Shown here: positions 28,779-37,307 of the stretch, one piece after another | How positions within the stretch are numbered: the stretch's first letter is position 1 | How the letters are laid out: each line of letters begins with the position of its first letter | DNA from: a virus | Lineage: Duplodnaviria; Caudoviricetes | Virus record (IMG/VR): IMGVR_UViG_3300024999_000018 | Span: 1 to 50,113 of that record | DNA: 50,113 nucleotides | Strand: one strand, 5' to 3' | The notes under the pieces: model-generated | What the model was told of the DNA's origin: nothing | Databases searched by the model: none | The model's input: only the letters and a program-made list of their open reading frames with translations | Translations under genes and position numbers: made by a program

Positions 28779-28882
28779 GGTAGATCCTCCATTCTGAAAT
28801 GGGGTCCTAATGGAAGCGGCCCTGAAGATTCACTTGCACATGCGTGGCGGTGGGGCCCGCTGACATCACTGTATGTGATGAG

Positions 28883-29485
28883 TTACTCGTTGAGTCCAGC
28901 TAGTTCTTGGGCCCTCTGCTTAATGCGATCCAAGTCTTCCATAGAGAGGTGGGCATGGACACCACGGGTGTCAACCCTCTGGATGGCCTTACCCATTTCC
29001 CTATCGAGGAGACCATTAGCCTCTTTGAGGATTACTGAGGCACTGGCTTCCTTACCCATTATAGCACCATTCTCGAGAACTTCCTTAATCCTCTGAATGG
29101 CCAATGGAGCAAGGTCTGCGATCTCCCTTGCAAGATCCACAGTTCCAGCATCACGGGCAGCCCGCATGATGGACAACTTATCCTTGACCACAGGAGAGTT
29201 CTTCACATTAGAGACTGTCTGAGGAGTACAGCCCATCGCCTCAGCGATGTCAGTGTTAGATTGACCCAGAACCAGCCGGCGCGCTATCTCATGATGATTG
29301 TCCCACATCTCGGAGATCTGCCATCCCTGCTTCTTATCTCCCTCAGCCTTCTTTCCACCATTACGACCTCCGTTACGGTGGCGGCCATCAACTCGAGAGG
29401 AATCAGTCCAGCGGGACTTCGGATAGGAGTATGTCTTAATCTCCCCTGAGGGAGTTGTGTATTCTGCTATTTGTAGATCTGTCAT
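28883..29485 (-). CDS. HTH protein, probable terminase small subunit
   Basis: HTH SNTDIAEAMGCTPQTVSNV; first gene of the structural arm; LLDREMGK-type C-terminal segment. Confidence 0.6.
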   Translation of the reverse strand: MTDLQIAEYTTPSGEIKTYSYPKSRWTDSSRVDGRHRNGGRNGGKKAEGDKKQGWQISEMWDNHHEIARRLVLGQSNTDIAEAMGCTPQTVSNVKNSPVVKDKLSIMRAARDAGTVDLAREIADLAPLAIQRIKEVLENGAIMGKEASASVILKEANGLLDREMGKAIQRVDTRGVHAHLSMEDLDRIKQRAQELAGLNE

Positions 29486-29527
29486 AAGGTGCCTCTGAAG
29501 TAAGGTAAAATTCCTGCCTATGTGGGA

Positions 29528-29556
29528 ATTGTACCAGACTGGTCTGGGGTTGTCAA
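29528..29556 (-). promoter_or_regulatory. Sigma70-type promoter for the structural arm
   Basis: TTGACA-17-TACAAT on the minus strand. Confidence 0.8.
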
Positions 29557-29724
29557 TGAAGTAAATGGTATATTAGAGAGGACTAGGATCACCAATCCTA
29601 CCATTCGCAATGCTCATGTGAACCATACTCATGAAAGTGATCGTGGAAAGGATATCTGTCTGCTCGCTGTCGCTCGTTCCGCTCCTAATGAACACCTTAG
29701 TGTTCGGGCCCACCCAAATGATGG

Positions 29725-29753
29725 TTGCTATATTACATTATGGAATGTAGAAG
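29725..29753. repeat. 29-bp palindromic motif copy 8
   Basis: ttgctatattaca-tta-tggaatgtagaag. Confidence 0.82.
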
Positions 29754-29775
29754 ATTGCCCATAGGGCAAGAGTGA

Positions 29776-29804
29776 TTGCTATGTTACGAAATGGAACGTA
29801 GAAG
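29776..29804. repeat. 29-bp palindromic motif copy 9
   Basis: ttgctatgttacg-aaa-tggaacgtagaag. Confidence 0.85.
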
Positions 29805-29929
29805 ATCACCATGTACCAATTGGTACCATAATGAAATCTCCAACACAATGTAGGTAGGGGGTTCTAATGCGTCGCCCACTAGCTTTCCCCCATCGACCCG
29901 GCCTTCACATGGGATAGGATGCTGGCCGA

Positions 29930-29958
29930 TTGACAACCTGGTGGCAATGGTGTATAAT
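29930..29958 (+). promoter_or_regulatory. Sigma70 consensus promoter (early)
   Basis: TTGACA-17-TATAAT. Confidence 0.88.
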
Positions 29959-30006
29959 GGAATCATGTGAAAGGGCCATGTGGCCAATGGACATCGGGAG
30001 AATATT

Positions 30007-30195
30007 ATGAAAGTACGTGAGCTGATCATTGAATTACAAAAGGTTAACCCGGAGCTTGATGTGGTGCTGAATGTGGACATATCGGAGCTGTGCCCGGAAT
30101 ATGATTCCGTAAATTATCGGCTGAAATATATTAGCATGGGATGGGAACCAAGCGGAGTTATCAGCTTGGAATCCGATGAAATTACAGGCTATTGA
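30007..30195 (+). CDS. Hypothetical protein
   Basis: GGGAG RBS, then MKVRELIIELQKVNPELDV. Confidence 0.65.
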   Translation: MKVRELIIELQKVNPELDVVLNVDISELCPEYDSVNYRLKYISMGWEPSGVISLESDEITGY

Positions 30196-30260
30196 GGATT
30201 ATTCGGGAATGGTCAATGAAGGCCATTCCCATCTATCAACCAACACCAATGGAGCATATC

Positions 30261-30662
30261 ATGGAAATGAAATTCAAGATTGCAATGAACAACGAGGAGA
30301 AATTGGCCGGTAATGTATTCGACGTCGTGGTCAATGTGGAGAAATGTGATGACGCTACCATGCTCAAATACGCTCTCAAAGCGTATACGGTGGAAATTCA
30401 ATCGCAGATTCGGAACAACTGGAGTGCATTCATCAAAGGGGAATATCCCCGGGAATTGACCATTGGCCAGGCTATGTTCGCTAAACGTGTAGCCAAGGTC
30501 ATGACCATTGAGGAACAGAAGAAAGCCGTGGCGGCCGATATGAATAAGCTGAGTGAGACTGAACGCCTGGATGCTCTGGTCATGGGTGGATTCATCACGC
30601 AAGAAATGTATGATAGTTTGATCGAGGCAGCTGTGGCTAAAGAAGAGGCCGAACAAGGATAA
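30261..30662 (+). CDS. Hypothetical protein
   Basis: GGAG RBS before MEMKFKIAM; hairpin after the stop. Confidence 0.65.
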   Translation: MEMKFKIAMNNEEKLAGNVFDVVVNVEKCDDATMLKYALKAYTVEIQSQIRNNWSAFIKGEYPRELTIGQAMFAKRVAKVMTIEEQKKAVAADMNKLSETERLDALVMGGFITQEMYDSLIEAAVAKEEAEQG

Positions 30663-30682
30663 CATCGGTCAAGCTCATGATG

Positions 30683-30708
30683 GGAGTGGCCTCGAAAGGA
30701 GCCATTCC
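30683..30708 (+). terminator. Hairpin overlapping motif copy 10
   Basis: GGAGTGGC/GCCATTCC stem. Confidence 0.45.
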
Positions 30709-30733
30709 TACATTACATTATGGAACATAGGAA
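30705..30733. repeat. 29-bp palindromic motif copy 10
   Basis: ttcctacattaca-tta-tggaacataggaa. Confidence 0.88.
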
Positions 30734-30889
30734 CCATTCAATAAGGAGAATCATCATGAAACATTGGATAGTGTATAGGATTATGGAAAGGCAGGCATCT
30801 ATTGAGGTCGGCCACTACTATGAATTCTCCAAACGTATCCAATTCCTATATTGGACATATATGGAGTATTAGCAAGGGTCACACAGTGA

Positions 30890-31226
30890 CCATTTGTCAT
30901 GCATGTCATATTGTCATGCAATGCATGGGGTTGATGTATGTCATGCACCGCATGAACCCGGTCTGTGTGCGAAATTGCAATGGTACATTTGTCTTCAGTT
31001 ATATATACATATCTAATTAAAAGATAATATATAAGTAATTAACAATATGTATATATAGAAATTCTATTACATATATAACTAACAATCAATATATACTTAA
31101 CTACTTATATATAAATGAGAGAAGAGAAATGTACCATTGGAATATGGACAATGAGCGTACACACGGGGTCCATGACATGCATGACTTACATGCAAGGCGT
31201 CACAACCATGTCATCCATGACAATGG
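30890..31226. other. Candidate replication origin: AT-rich core flanked by nested inverted repeats
   Basis: 30978-30996 vs 31121-31139 (18/19 match), 30896-30909 vs 31172-31185 (14/14), AT-rich 30997-31120. Confidence 0.55.
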
Positions 31227-31272
31227 GCATCTACAATGCCCCCAAGTCAAGATAATATAATATGGTTAGATA

Positions 31273-31301
31273 TTGACAATGCATTATGGGTGTGTTAAAA
31301 T
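31273..31301 (+). promoter_or_regulatory. Sigma70-type promoter
   Basis: TTGACA-17-TAAAAT with extended -10 TG. Confidence 0.8.
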
Positions 31302-31342
31302 AATGGGACAATCAGACAGAACCTTAACTTACTGGAGGGCCT

Positions 31343-31588
31343 ATGACTAGGAAGTATGTCAAGAAGGGTTTCATCATGTATGAGTTGTATGAGAAGGGTA
31401 AACTCGTAGCAGAGATTGCTGTAGATCCTCCTGACATCGTATGGTTTCACTACGTACAGGGCCGTAGCACTATGCCCAAAAGCTGGTTTAGAATGGCTAG
31501 TATGGCAGATGCCTTTGAGATGCTGAAGATATTCCAGGGCAAGTGTCCCAAATTATCTCAACCATTAGGAGAATCACATGAAAACTAA
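31343..31588 (+). CDS. Hypothetical protein
   Basis: GGAGG RBS, downstream of promoter. Confidence 0.65.
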   Translation: MTRKYVKKGFIMYELYEKGKLVAEIAVDPPDIVWFHYVQGRSTMPKSWFRMASMADAFEMLKIFQGKCPKLSQPLGESHEN

Positions 31589-31784
31589 TTCTCGTTCCTC
31601 TCAAAAGAATACCTTCACACCCTTATCTACAATGTCCACAGAAGCTGTGTGCCTAGGAGTCTTGTGGAGCCTTGGGGCTGCAGCAGTCGTGTGCCTCCTC
31701 ATTTACTTTGGTAGTCATGCTGCCCACGAAGTATTTGCACCACTCATTGAGGCACTATCACCAGAGTTACCTAAGGATTTGTAG
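31578..31784 (+). CDS. Small membrane protein
   Basis: Hydrophobic helix; AGGAG RBS. Confidence 0.55.
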   Translation: MKTNSRSSQKNTFTPLSTMSTEAVCLGVLWSLGAAAVVCLLIYFGSHAAHEVFAPLIEALSPELPKDL

Positions 31785-31847
31785 GATTGCATATAGCAAT
31801 CACCTTCATCCTATCCTCCCATTCAACATTACCTAATGGAGATTACC

Positions 31848-32105
31848 ATGAATCCTAAATTGCAACAGTTTGCTAGAGATCAACTCAAGGAAGGTCTTGC
31901 AAAGCTTCCTCCAAGTTATCAGAGAATATTCAAGTTAATGTATGGTAGAGGAAATCCAGATAATTTAACCTCTCTAATTCCTACCATGAGAACTGTGGAA
32001 GAAACTGAAGCAATGGATGTAAATGATGTAGTGGATGAAATACCTGATAACAAACTAAACTGGGCTATGCAGCAAGTTGATAATTCATTGAAGAAATTAT
32101 CGTAG
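31848..32105 (+). CDS. Hypothetical protein
   Basis: GGAG RBS before MNPKLQQFAR. Confidence 0.65.
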   Translation: MNPKLQQFARDQLKEGLAKLPPSYQRIFKLMYGRGNPDNLTSLIPTMRTVEETEAMDVNDVVDEIPDNKLNWAMQQVDNSLKKLS

Positions 32106-32153
32106 GATTGCTTAAGCAATCACCCAAGTGCTGACCTGTTCAGCAATGCTGAT

Positions 32154-32182
32154 TTGCTACATTGCATTATGTAATATAGCAA
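32154..32182. repeat. 29-bp palindromic motif copy 11
   Basis: ttgctacattgca-tta-tgtaatatagcaa. Confidence 0.87.
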
Positions 32183-32265
32183 ATGGCCCAAGGTCCACCG
32201 TCCCACAGGGCAGACCAAAGGTCTGAATCCCTACACTTATCAACCCTTGTTATGGAGCTACTGCT

Positions 32266-32487
32266 ATGAAGTCACAAGAAATCCGTTACATCGAAGCCAC
32301 TACTCGTGCTATTCACTCTCTCAATTCTTACAAGAAGGCTGGGTACATTAAGATGGTCCAATCTTCTCGATCTACTGATCCTGAGGAAATCATTCCAGAG
32401 ATGAAACATTCTCTTGGTATTCGTAAGAATGATGTCTCTCATAATTGGGCACTGAGAGAATTTATCTCCAACTGTATTCAGAGGTAA
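32266..32487 (+). CDS. Hypothetical protein
   Basis: GGAG RBS. Confidence 0.55.
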   Translation: MKSQEIRYIEATTRAIHSLNSYKKAGYIKMVQSSRSTDPEEIIPEMKHSLGIRKNDVSHNWALREFISNCIQR

Positions 32488-32489
32488 TT

Positions 32490-33017
32490 ATGTCTAAATT
32501 AGACCAAGTCCACACACGCAAGGCCACCCTTGCCATCTCCACCCGTGCTGACATGAGGCACCTGGCGACATTAGTCGCATTTTGGCGTGGGGCAGGGGAA
32601 TCACCTCGCTCAATCAGTGAGTTAGCCAGGCTCTCCCTCGAATCCTTTGCAGAGATGTTAGTAACTAGCCATATGGTAGACTTCATAGACAGTCAGGAGG
32701 CTGCCTCAGAACTCCTGGCCACAACTGGCCTCATGACCCAAGGTGTCCAGAGGACTAATGTCCTCAAGGCCCTGGCCAAAGAAGGCAAACTTAACCCTAA
32801 TTCTCTCCAGACATTCTTAGATCCTGTAGAGAAGATCAAACTTCACTCAAGGGGGAGAAAGGATGCTGCCGTAGGAAATGATTCACCCGAATTGTTACAG
32901 GCCCAAGCCCTCCTCAATGAACGCCTACTTAAGGAACTCGGAGGGAGGATTGAAGATGAAACAAGTAGGACGCAGGGGATGTTCGAAGCACTTGGAGAAG
33001 TACCTCCTATTGAATAA
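32490..33017 (+). CDS. Hypothetical protein, possible ribbon-helix-helix N-terminus
   Basis: GAGGT RBS; ISTRAD...RSISELARLSL. Confidence 0.55.
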   Translation: MSKLDQVHTRKATLAISTRADMRHLATLVAFWRGAGESPRSISELARLSLESFAEMLVTSHMVDFIDSQEAASELLATTGLMTQGVQRTNVLKALAKEGKLNPNSLQTFLDPVEKIKLHSRGRKDAAVGNDSPELLQAQALLNERLLKELGGRIEDETSRTQGMFEALGEVPPIE

Positions 33018-33031
33018 CTATAGAGCCTACT

Positions 33032-33367
33032 ATGAACAGAATCCACGTAAAAGATATAGTCATCGGACAAACATACTATGCTGTATGTATTGGTAGTATA
33101 TCAACAATAAGATTTACGGCAATCTATATCCCTAAAGCCTCAATATATAATATTGCTAGGGAATGGATATGGGACTGTTACTTGTCCGATATAGGTATTG
33201 AATATGAGAATGAATCTTACGTAAACAATCTCAATCGGGTATTTGAAACGGAAGAAGAGGCTAGAAATTGGATAAATACTGAAAGATACCAGCAAGAATT
33301 AAGTGACCACTGGGATTCTGTAAATGCATATAACCTCAACAAATGGAGATGGAGAAATGAGCTCTGA
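33032..33367 (+). CDS. Hypothetical protein
   Basis: ORF in early operon. Confidence 0.55.
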   Translation: MNRIHVKDIVIGQTYYAVCIGSISTIRFTAIYIPKASIYNIAREWIWDCYLSDIGIEYENESYVNNLNRVFETEEEARNWINTERYQQELSDHWDSVNAYNLNKWRWRNEL

Positions 33368-33575
33368 ACCTCAGCACGTTAGTGCTCCACTGCAGGCCCT
33401 ACAAGAAGATCTCGCCCGCCAACTCTTCGGCATCCCTCTATCCAGGGCTAAGGAAATCGGAGTGTGCATTAATTGTAAGAAGTTAGCAGGGCCTAGGTGC
33501 TACTCTCCTGCCGGCCGAAAAGAGTACTCCATCTCAGGACTGTGTGAACTGTGTTTTGATGAAATAACTGGATAA
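33357..33575 (+). CDS. Small zinc-binding protein
   Basis: CINC...EYSISGLCELCFD. Confidence 0.6.
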   Translation: MSSEPQHVSAPLQALQEDLARQLFGIPLSRAKEIGVCINCKKLAGPRCYSPAGRKEYSISGLCELCFDEITG

Positions 33576-33591
33576 CCAGAGGAGACTTACC

Positions 33592-33897
33592 ATGTTTGAG
33601 GATAAAATCATAACTTACATTGCAGCAGATGGAACTAAATACAAGGGTCGTGTAGTAGCTTGTGTCAAAGACATTGGAATAACCATTGTAGATGCTAGCA
33701 ATCCCTCTGAGTATCTTCACTGTCTTAAGATGAAAAACTCTCCTAATTTCATTAAAGGTAAAGGTGAAATCACAGAGACTAGAAGACTCTTCACCTTATA
33801 CCGTAAAGGTATAATTAAGGGAGTTATGGATGCTAGAACAATCTCTAGAAGTTCTGGAGGATATCCTAGTCATAGTACCTGCGCCTTCGGAGTATAA
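33592..33897 (+). CDS. Hypothetical protein
   Basis: GGAGGAG RBS. Confidence 0.6.
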   Translation: MFEDKIITYIAADGTKYKGRVVACVKDIGITIVDASNPSEYLHCLKMKNSPNFIKGKGEITETRRLFTLYRKGIIKGVMDARTISRSSGGYPSHSTCAFGV

Positions 33898-33965
33898 CAA
33901 CTGGTAGCCCTAATGGGTTGGAACACTTAAGAACACACGCTGCCAGCGGCAGCACTGGAGATCAA

Positions 33966-34490
33966 ATGATTACTGATAGAGAAGAGAGAACTAGCACCAA
34001 GGAGTATGCACCCCTATCTGAGGCCTGTCCCATATCCCTTCCCCAAGGACCTGACACCTCACCTAGGGAGGATATTGCTACGTTACAAAATGTAACAAAG
34101 CAATCCATTAATAGGATGACCAAACTCTCCACACTCCGTAGTGCCCTGGCCTCAGTGCGAGCCTCCCTCACAGACTCCCTCTGTTGGGAACGCCAACTTG
34201 AGGCCGAACTAGTCGAAGCCAAGGCTGAAAGAAAGAAGTGGTCCGAGCTCCAAACTGCTATCATCATCAGGCAGGCTGAACTCTCAGGCCTCGTAAAGAG
34301 AGTCCCCAAACACACTCCAACCACTCAACCTTCCTACACAAGGAGTTCCATGCCCAAGGCTGATCAAATGAAAGAAGTTTTGGCCTCCCTCAACAAGGAC
34401 GAGAGGGCTGCTTTCATCGAGGAACTCCTGAGTTCCATAACCTGCAAGTGTCAACCATCTGAGCCGGCAGGATTGCCTAAGGGACTATAG
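33966..34490 (+). CDS. Coiled-coil hypothetical protein (start uncertain: 33966 or 34117)
   Basis: GGAG RBS before ATG 33966. Confidence 0.5.
   Translation: MITDREERTSTKEYAPLSEACPISLPQGPDTSPREDIATLQNVTKQSINRMTKLSTLRSALASVRASLTDSLCWERQLEAELVEAKAERKKWSELQTAIIIRQAELSGLVKRVPKHTPTTQPSYTRSSMPKADQMKEVLASLNKDERAAFIEELLSSITCKCQPSEPAGLPKGL
34075..34103. repeat. 29-bp palindromic motif copy 12 (possibly intragenic)
   Basis: ttgctacgttaca-aaa-tgtaacaaagcaa. Confidence 0.92.
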
Positions 34491-34732
34491 TATGTACTAC
34501 ACTATCCAAAACAATAGAGTTTCCTTCCACCCTAACCCTATGGAGAACTCAACTCCTGTGCCTAAGGATGCCACTTACTACAGTCTGGCTTACTGTTATC
34601 CTAGCATAGTGGAGGTAATGTGGCACTCTCAACCTTGGCCCAGACTTACTCACTTAATTAAGCCTATACCAATGGAGGAATCCTTATGACCCTACTATTC
34701 CTCTACGCAACTCTCACCCACGGAGATCTACT

Positions 34733-34963
34733 ATGCCTACTTATCACTTTGTAGCCAAGGTCCCACTCACTGCTTACACCACAGTAGAAGCTAACTCACT
34801 TGAGGAGGCCTTGGAAGAGGCTAACTCAGAAGATAGAGAAATCACTTATGAATTAGACTCTAGTGCAGCCAAGTACTTAATGCAAACTAGATGGGTAATC
34901 CGAGAAGTGGACGAAGGTCCTGAGGATATTGAACTAGACCCTCATAATCCTACCACCCTATAG
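34733..34963 (+). CDS. Hypothetical acidic protein
   Basis: TVEANSLEEALE motif common in small phage ORFs; GGAG RBS. Confidence 0.6.
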   Translation: MPTYHFVAKVPLTAYTTVEANSLEEALEEANSEDREITYELDSSAAKYLMQTRWVIREVDEGPEDIELDPHNPTTL

Positions 34964-34989
34964 GGATGGAAATAAATTTCCATTAGTTG

Positions 34990-35017
34990 TTGACATACCC
35001 AACCAACATGGTATAAT
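34990..35017 (+). promoter_or_regulatory. Sigma70-type promoter upstream of tRNA-like RNA 1
   Basis: TTGACA-16-TATAAT with extended -10 TG. Confidence 0.8.
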
Positions 35018-35083
35018 GGCCATTCAATCGGAACACATCGTGCTCCATTTAATCGTCGTCATAGTGACGGCAAGTAAGAAAAG

Positions 35084-35189
35084 GAAAGAGTGGCGAAATT
35101 GGATAGACGCTAGGTAGCTCCTAGCCCCGTTCGACTCGGGGATGAAATACACTCGGATAGTGATGCAGGTTCGAATCCTGTCTCTTTCC
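35084..35189 (+). ncRNA. tRNA-like RNA 1 (non-canonical anticodon region)
   Basis: Acceptor GAAAGAG/CTCTTTC, D-arm TGGCGAAATTGGATAGACGC, T-arm GCAGG-TTCGAAT-CCTGT; three hairpins between the D and T arms. Confidence 0.75.
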
Positions 35190-35242
35190 TACTTAATCGG
35201 GCATCTAGCCCACAAATAACAAGATCAACTGGAGGTAACATC

Positions 35243-35638
35243 ATGGCAATGGAAGCAATCTCAGCACGGTATCAGGTAAAGGACGAGAATGGCAATGCAG
35301 TACTCGATGGCGAGGGTAAGGCCGTATGGCAGGAATGTCAGGTGGACTACGATCTTGGGGACTCTATCGAAGCTGCCTCCGAGAAATTTGGCGCCGACGT
35401 AGTCTTCTCTCAGTTCAAAGCCAATGCCCGAGTGGTTATTCAGGGCATCATTCGTGCCAAGCTCAAGGCTGGCCTCTCTGCTGAAAAGATCCAGGAATTC
35501 ATCTCCACTTACGTCCTCGGCGTAGCAGTAGAGAAGACTCAGGTCGACCCAGTTCAGGCCGTCAAGGCTGCCTTCGCTACGTGGACCCCCGAGAAGCAGA
35601 AGGAATACTTGAGAGAACTCGGCGTAGCTGTCGACTAA
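35243..35638 (+). CDS. Hypothetical protein, probably highly expressed
   Basis: GGAGGT RBS, strong promoter upstream, terminator downstream. Confidence 0.75.
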   Translation: MAMEAISARYQVKDENGNAVLDGEGKAVWQECQVDYDLGDSIEAASEKFGADVVFSQFKANARVVIQGIIRAKLKAGLSAEKIQEFISTYVLGVAVEKTQVDPVQAVKAAFATWTPEKQKEYLRELGVAVD

Positions 35639-35667
35639 TAATCCCTAGTATTAACCCTGGAGTAATG

Positions 35668-35705
35668 ATCCTCATCCTTGACTTGTGCAGGGATGGGGAT
35701 TTTTC
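35668..35705 (+). terminator. Rho-independent terminator
   Basis: ATCCTCATCCTTG/CAGGGATGGGGAT stem followed by T-tract. Confidence 0.8.
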
Positions 35706-35771
35706 TCCCTCAGATTGCCACAAATTAATGTAAATAACACACCTTAGGTCCTTGGCCTACTGGAGCACATT

Positions 35772-36044
35772 ATGACAACTCAACTAGAATTCCTCTCCGA
35801 ACTTACCTCATTATTGAGTGAGGCCCCACCTTCTCACGGAATCCTGGGAGTCTACTTAGTCAACCATCCCAAACAAATTCATATGGAAGAAGGCACCTTT
35901 CTCAGACTCTTTCTAGATTTCAAGGAAGAAGTGTGGGACGCCGGCACTTACTCCTCCAAATTGGTCGCCACTCTCAACGGTGTTGAGATATTCTGCCTAT
36001 CCAACCTCGTTAGGATTTCAGGAGAGTTGAAGGAGGGTCACTAA
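35772..36044 (+). CDS. Hypothetical protein
   Basis: GGAG RBS; coupled to ligase. Confidence 0.6.
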   Translation: MTTQLEFLSELTSLLSEAPPSHGILGVYLVNHPKQIHMEEGTFLRLFLDFKEEVWDAGTYSSKLVATLNGVEIFCLSNLVRISGELKEGH

Positions 36045-36910
36045 TGTCCAATCCACGCTCGGGGATACAGTTAGCTTACCCCTTCGAAGAACGAAGACTC
36101 TTGAATCAAGGAAGATTCAGTCTGCGATGGTCCCCACCTTACATCCTTCAGCCCAAGCTGAACGGGGAGAGATGCCGCCTTATTCACGAGGGAGATAGGT
36201 GCCTCCTCCTCTCCTCAACAGAGGAAATCATATCATCTGTTCCTCACATCAATGAGGCCGGCCTCCTTCTCCCCCAGGGTGAGTTTGATGGTGAACTCTA
36301 TGTCCATGGCTGGACCTGGGCTGAAATCCACAGTGTGGTCTCGACCACCTCCACCATGCATCCTAACTATGGTGCTATGCAACTCCATCTATTCGACATC
36401 ATCACAGAGGGGAGTCAGATCAATAGGTTAATCTCCTTGAATCAGCGCTTCAGGTCAAACGGTCTTCCTCCCTGTTTACAGTTGGTCCAACCTCATATGG
36501 CCAACACCCTAGAAGAGATCTACCAGATTTATGAGAAGTTCATAGGACTTGGTTATGAGGGTTTCATCATTAGGCATGTAGATGCCACCTATCTTCGCAG
36601 AAGATCTCCGGCAATGATGAAGTTCAAGCCTAAGGCTAAGGACGAGTATCTTATCACTGGAGTGTATGAGGCCATTAGTGCCGATGGTAAGCCTAAGGGC
36701 ATGGTCGGTGGCTTCAACTGTATCGACGACATGGGGACGGAGTTCTCAGTAGGGGCAGGTAAGTTAACTCATGAGAAGAGAATTCAGATTTGGGAAATGT
36801 GGCTTGATGCTCCCCACTATATCAAGGACTCATATCTTGAGGTTGAGTACCAAACCATGTCTGATAAGAAACGAGTTCCCTTATTCAGTAGAGCAGTACG
36901 AATTATCTAA
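36044..36910 (+). CDS. ATP-dependent DNA ligase
   Basis: Motif I QPKLNGER, FDGELY, LFDI, EGFIIR, MKFKP; OB-fold C-terminus. Confidence 0.9.
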   Translation: MSNPRSGIQLAYPFEERRLLNQGRFSLRWSPPYILQPKLNGERCRLIHEGDRCLLLSSTEEIISSVPHINEAGLLLPQGEFDGELYVHGWTWAEIHSVVSTTSTMHPNYGAMQLHLFDIITEGSQINRLISLNQRFRSNGLPPCLQLVQPHMANTLEEIYQIYEKFIGLGYEGFIIRHVDATYLRRRSPAMMKFKPKAKDEYLITGVYEAISADGKPKGMVGGFNCIDDMGTEFSVGAGKLTHEKRIQIWEMWLDAPHYIKDSYLEVEYQTMSDKKRVPLFSRAVRII

Positions 36911-36931
36911 CCCTTCCTCAGTAGGAGGCAT

Positions 36932-36960
36932 TTGCTACATTACATTTTGTAACATAGCAA
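36932..36960. repeat. 29-bp palindromic motif copy 13
   Basis: ttgctacattaca-ttt-tgtaacatagcaa. Confidence 0.92.
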
Positions 36961-36974
36961 CCAAGGAGACCCTT

Positions 36975-37307
36975 ATGAAAACAAAAGAGATAAACAGTAC
37001 TTGGAGTCGTGAGGTAGGAGATTGGGATAAGACCTCCAATAAATATATAAATAAAAGAATTATCGAGATGCCTGATAAAATTCTTACTATGGAAATAATA
37101 GAGAAACCCTCAGGAGATACCATTAAGTTTCATGGAGATCCTACAGGATTTGCTTCTTATTACATCTCTACACTTTTGGAAGATGACTTTCCAGAAAGGA
37201 CTCATCTATGCATTTGTGCAGGTACTATAAACAGTTATCCAATATGTTTAGTACCCTGGTCAGATGTCCTAGACTTCCTCAAATCCCAAGGGTATTCAAA
37301 TGACTAA
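36975..37307 (+). CDS. Hypothetical protein
   Basis: AAGGAG RBS before MKTKEINS. Confidence 0.6.
   Translation: MKTKEINSTWSREVGDWDKTSNKYINKRIIEMPDKILTMEIIEKPSGDTIKFHGDPTGFASYYISTLLEDDFPERTHLCICAGTINSYPICLVPWSDVLDFLKSQGYSND

Noticed and set aside
29661-29685. GCTCGCTGTCGCTCGTTCCGCT resembling plasmid primosome assembly sites
   Set aside because: Too short and low in complexity to support without a search
29725-29804. CRISPR array or mini-array made of the 29-bp motif
   Set aside because: Only this pair is adjacent (22-bp gap); other copies are hundreds to thousands of bases apart and degenerate; no cas operon
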